NCBI RefSeq assembly: GCF_009914755.1
Contig: NC_060927.1
DNA from: the human T2T-CHM13v2.0 reference genome, Homo sapiens
Length of the DNA: 64,000 bases
Strand: one strand, 5' to 3'
The notes under the pieces were generated by a model. That model was not told the DNA's origin. It saw nothing but the letters and a program-made list of their open reading frames with translations, and did not search any database. Of the stretch, positions 60,401 to 64,000 are shown piece by piece; position 1 is the stretch's first letter, and each line of letters starts with the position of its first letter. A program made the translations under genes and the position numbers.

Positions 60401-63400
60401 TACCCCAAATATATATTATATACTCTACATGAAATATCAAATTTCACAAACTATATATTATATACTGTACATAAAATATCAAAGTACCCAAGGTATATAT
60501 TCTATACTGTACAAAAAATATCAAAGTACCCAAAGCATGTATTATATACTGTATATAAAATATGAAAGTACATTAAAGATATATTTTATTCTGTACATAA
60601 AATATCAAAGTACACCAGATATATATTCTATAGTGTACATAAAATAACAAAGTACACAAACTATAAATTATATACTGTACATAAAATATGAAATTACATC
60701 AAATATATATTAGGTACATAATATATGAAAGTACATCAAATATAGATTATATACTGTACATAAAATATCAATGTACCCCAAATATATATTTTATACTCTA
60801 CATGAAATATCAAAGTTCACAAACCATATATTATATACTGTACATAAAATATCAAAGTACCCAAGGCATATATTCTATACTATACAAAAAATATCAAAGT
60901 ACCCAAAGCATGTATTATATACTGTACATAAAATATGAAAGTACATCAAATATATATTTTATTCTGTACATAAAATATCAAAGTACACTAGATATATATT
61001 CTATAGTGTACATAAAATATCAAAATACCCAAACTATACATTATATACTGTACATAAAATACGAGATTACATCAAATATATATTATATTAGGTACATAAA
61101 ATATGAAAGTACATCAAATATAGATTATATACTGTACATAAAATATCAAAGTACCCCGAATATATATTATATACTCTACATGAAATATCAAAGTTCACAA
61201 ACTATATATTATATACTGTACATAAAATATCAAAGTACCCAAGGTATATATTCTATACTGTACAAAAGATATCAAAGTACCCAAAGCATGTATTATATAC
61301 TGTATATAAAATATGAAAGTACATTAAATATATATTTTATTCTGTTCATAAAATATCAAAGTACACCAGATATATATTCTATAGTGTACATAAAATAACA
61401 AAGTACACAAACTATAAATTATATACTGTACATAAAATATGAAATTACATCAAATATATATTAGGTACATAAAATATGAAAGTACATCAAATATAGATTA
61501 TATACTGAACATATAATATCAATGTACCCCAAATATATATTTGATACTCTACATGAAATATCAAAGTTCAGAAACCATACATTATATACTGTACATAAAA
61601 TATCAAAGTACCCAAGGTATATATTCTATACTGTACAAAAAATATCAAAGTACCCAAAGCATGTATTATATACTGTACATAAAATATGAAAGTACATCAA
61701 ATATATATTTTATTCTGTACATAAAATATCAAAGTACACCAGATATATATTCTATAGTGTACATAAAATATCAAAATACCCAAACTATACATTATATACT
61801 GTACATAAAATATGAAATTACATCAAATATATATTTTATTCTGTACATAAAATATCAAAGTACACCACATATATATTCTATAGTGTACATAAAATAACAA
61901 AGTACACAAACTATACATTATATACTGTACATAAAATATGAAATTACATCAAATATATATTATGTACATAAAATATGAAAGTACATCAAATATAGATTAT
62001 ATACTGAACATATAATATCAATGTACCCCAAATATATATTTTATACTCTATATGAAATATCAAAGTTCAGAAACCATACATTAAATACTGTACATAAAAT
62101 ATCAAAGTACCCAAGGTATATATTCTATACTGTACAAAAAATATCAAAGTACCCAAAGCATGTATTATATACTGTACATAAAATATGAAAGTACATCAAA
62201 TATATATTTTATTCTGTACATAAAATATCAAAGTACACCAGATATATATTCTATAGTGTACATAAAATATCAAAGTACCCAAACTATACATTATATACTG
62301 TACATAAAATATGAAATTACATCAAATATATATTAGGTACATAAAATATGAAAGTACATAAAATATAGATTATATACTGTACATAAAATATCAAAGTACC
62401 CCAAATATATATTATATACTCTACATGAAATATCAAATTTCACAAACTATATATTATATACTGTACATAAAATATCAAAGTACCCAAGGTATATATTCTA
62501 TACTGTAAAAAAAATATCAGAGTACCCAAAGCATGTATTATATACTGTATATAAAATATGAAAGTACATTAAAGATATATTTTATTCTGTACATAAAATA
62601 TCAAAGTACACCAGATATATATTCTATAGTGTACATAAAATAACAATGTACACAAACTATAAATTATATACTGTACATAAAATATGAAATTACATCAAAT
62701 ATATATTAGGTACATAAAATATGAAAGTACATCAAATATAGATTATATACTGTACATGTAATATCAATGTACCCCAAATATATATTTTATACTCTACATG
62801 AAATATCAAAGTTCACAAACCATACATTATATACTGTACATAAAATATCAAAGTACCCAAGGTATATATTCTATACTGTACAAATAATATCAAAGTACCC
62901 AAAGCATGTATTATATACTGTACATAAAACATGAAAGTACATCAAATATATATTTTATTCAGTACATAAAATATCAAAGTACACCAGATATATATTCTAT
63001 AGTGTACATAAAATATCAAAGTACCCAAACTATACATTATATACTGTACATAAAATATGAAATTACATCAAATATATATTAGGTACATAAAATATGAAAG
63101 TACATCAAATATAGATTATGTACTGTACATAAAATATCAAAGTACCCCAAATATATATTATATACTCTACATGAAATATCAAAGTTCACAAACTATATAT
63201 TATATACTGTACATTAAATATCAAAGTACCCAAGGTATATATTCTATACTGTACAAAAAATATCAAAGTACCCAAAGGATGTATTATATACTGTACATAA
63301 AATATGAAAGTACATCAAATATATATTTTATTCTGTACATAAAATATCAAAGTACACCAGATATATATTCTATAGTGTACATAAAATAACAAAGTACACA

Positions 63401-64000
63401 AACTATACATTATATACTGTAAATAAAATATGAAATTACATCAAATATATATTAGGTACATAAAATATGAAAGTACATCAAATATAGATTATATACTGTA
63501 CATAAAATATCAATGTACCCCAAATATATATTTTATACTCTACATGAAATATCAAAGTTCACAAACCATATATTATATACTGTACATAAAATATCAAAGT
63601 ACCCAAGGTATATATTCTATACTATACAAAAAATATCAAAGTACCCAAAGCATGTGTTATTTACTGTACATAAAATATGAAAGTACATCAAATATATATT
63701 TTATTCTGTACATAAAATATCAAAGTACACCAGATATATATTCTATAGTGTACATAAAATATCAAAATACCCAAACTATACATTATATACTGTACATAAA
63801 ATATGAGATTACATCACATATATATTATATTAGGTACATAAAATATGAAAGTACATCAAATATAGATTATATACTGTGCATAAAATATCAAAGTACCCCA
63901 AATATATATTATATACTCTACATGAAATATCAAAGTTCACAAACTATATATTATATACTGTACATAAAATATCAAATTACCCAAGGTATATATTCTATAC
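54465..64000 (+). repeat. Copy 2 of the >=9.5-kb block, truncated by the window end
   Basis: Same ORF pairing as copy 1. Only isolated SNPs noticed (about 56498, 56746 and 61868). Confidence 0.9.

Larger units (their letters stand above)
1..64000 (+). repeat. Human satellite 1A (HSat1A / SAR, classical satellite I) tandem array, 42-bp monomer; continues beyond both window ends
   Basis: Seen: continuous 42-bp period (e.g. 41-82 ataaaatatcaaagtacccaaactatacattatatactgtac), typically two GTAC sites per monomer giving 17+25-bp pieces, very high AT, same orientation throughout. Established: a 42-bp monomer with 17/25-bp RsaI subunits and a 378-bp 9-mer are the described features of HSat1A. Chromosome of origin cannot be assigned from sequence alone. 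Confidence 0.95.

Noticed and set aside
35-63389. Many Y/I/K-rich ORFs up to 378 aa (e.g. 9970..11106)
   Set aside because: 42 and 378 are multiples of 3 and one frame of the consensus lacks stops. ORFs begin and end at random SNPs and indels, frameshifting units have spread freely, and there is no recognisable domain or gene context.
715-63389. Overlapping ORF pairs (..SNIY* / MKLHQIYIR..) resembling programmed frameshifting or translational coupling
   Set aside because: Fully explained by the 5-bp deletion in monomer B.
1-64000. CRISPR-like alternation of a conserved 17-bp and a more variable 25-bp segment
   Set aside because: The would-be spacers are homologous to each other and cycle with period nine. 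There are no unique spacers, leader or cas genes.
1-64000. TATA-like and AATAAA-like motifs as promoters or polyA signals
   Set aside because: Expected by chance in very AT-rich repeats, with no supporting context.
1-64000. Alpha satellite/CENP-B boxes, HSat2/3, or embedded Alu/L1 insertions
   Set aside because: No 171-bp period, no CATTC repeats and no non-satellite segment were seen anywhere in the window.

Overview
The whole 64-kb window is one uninterrupted, single-orientation, very AT-rich tandem satellite. Its 42-bp monomer (consensus ~ACATAAAATATCAAAGT-ACCCAAACTATATATTATATACTGT, i.e. 17+25-bp pieces between GTAC/RsaI sites) is arranged in a 9-monomer, 378-bp higher-order repeat (HOR). 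This matches human classical satellite 1A (HSat1A/SAR). I found no genes, RNA genes, transposons or CRISPR. All ORFs are artefacts of a 42-bp (14-codon) unit with a stop-free frame, and I see no support for a new coding system. The noteworthy content is array architecture. Monomers are labelled here by + strand translation: A=QSTQTIHY, B=EITSNIYYIR, C=ESTSNIDY, D=QSTPNIY, E=QSSQTIY, F=QSTQGIYS, G=QSTQSMY, H=ESTSNIYF, I=QSTPDIYS. An irregular left domain (~1-24 kb) has many truncated HORs. A regular right domain (~24.3-64 kb) is dominated by a 373-bp HOR variant and built from nested multi-kb duplications (offsets 1496, 2243, 5984, 8231, 8726, 13211, 16957 and 19195 bp). A unique out-of-register junction near 24,075 lies between the two. 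Offsets come from matching ORF-track coordinates and shared variants read by eye, so block edges are approximate.
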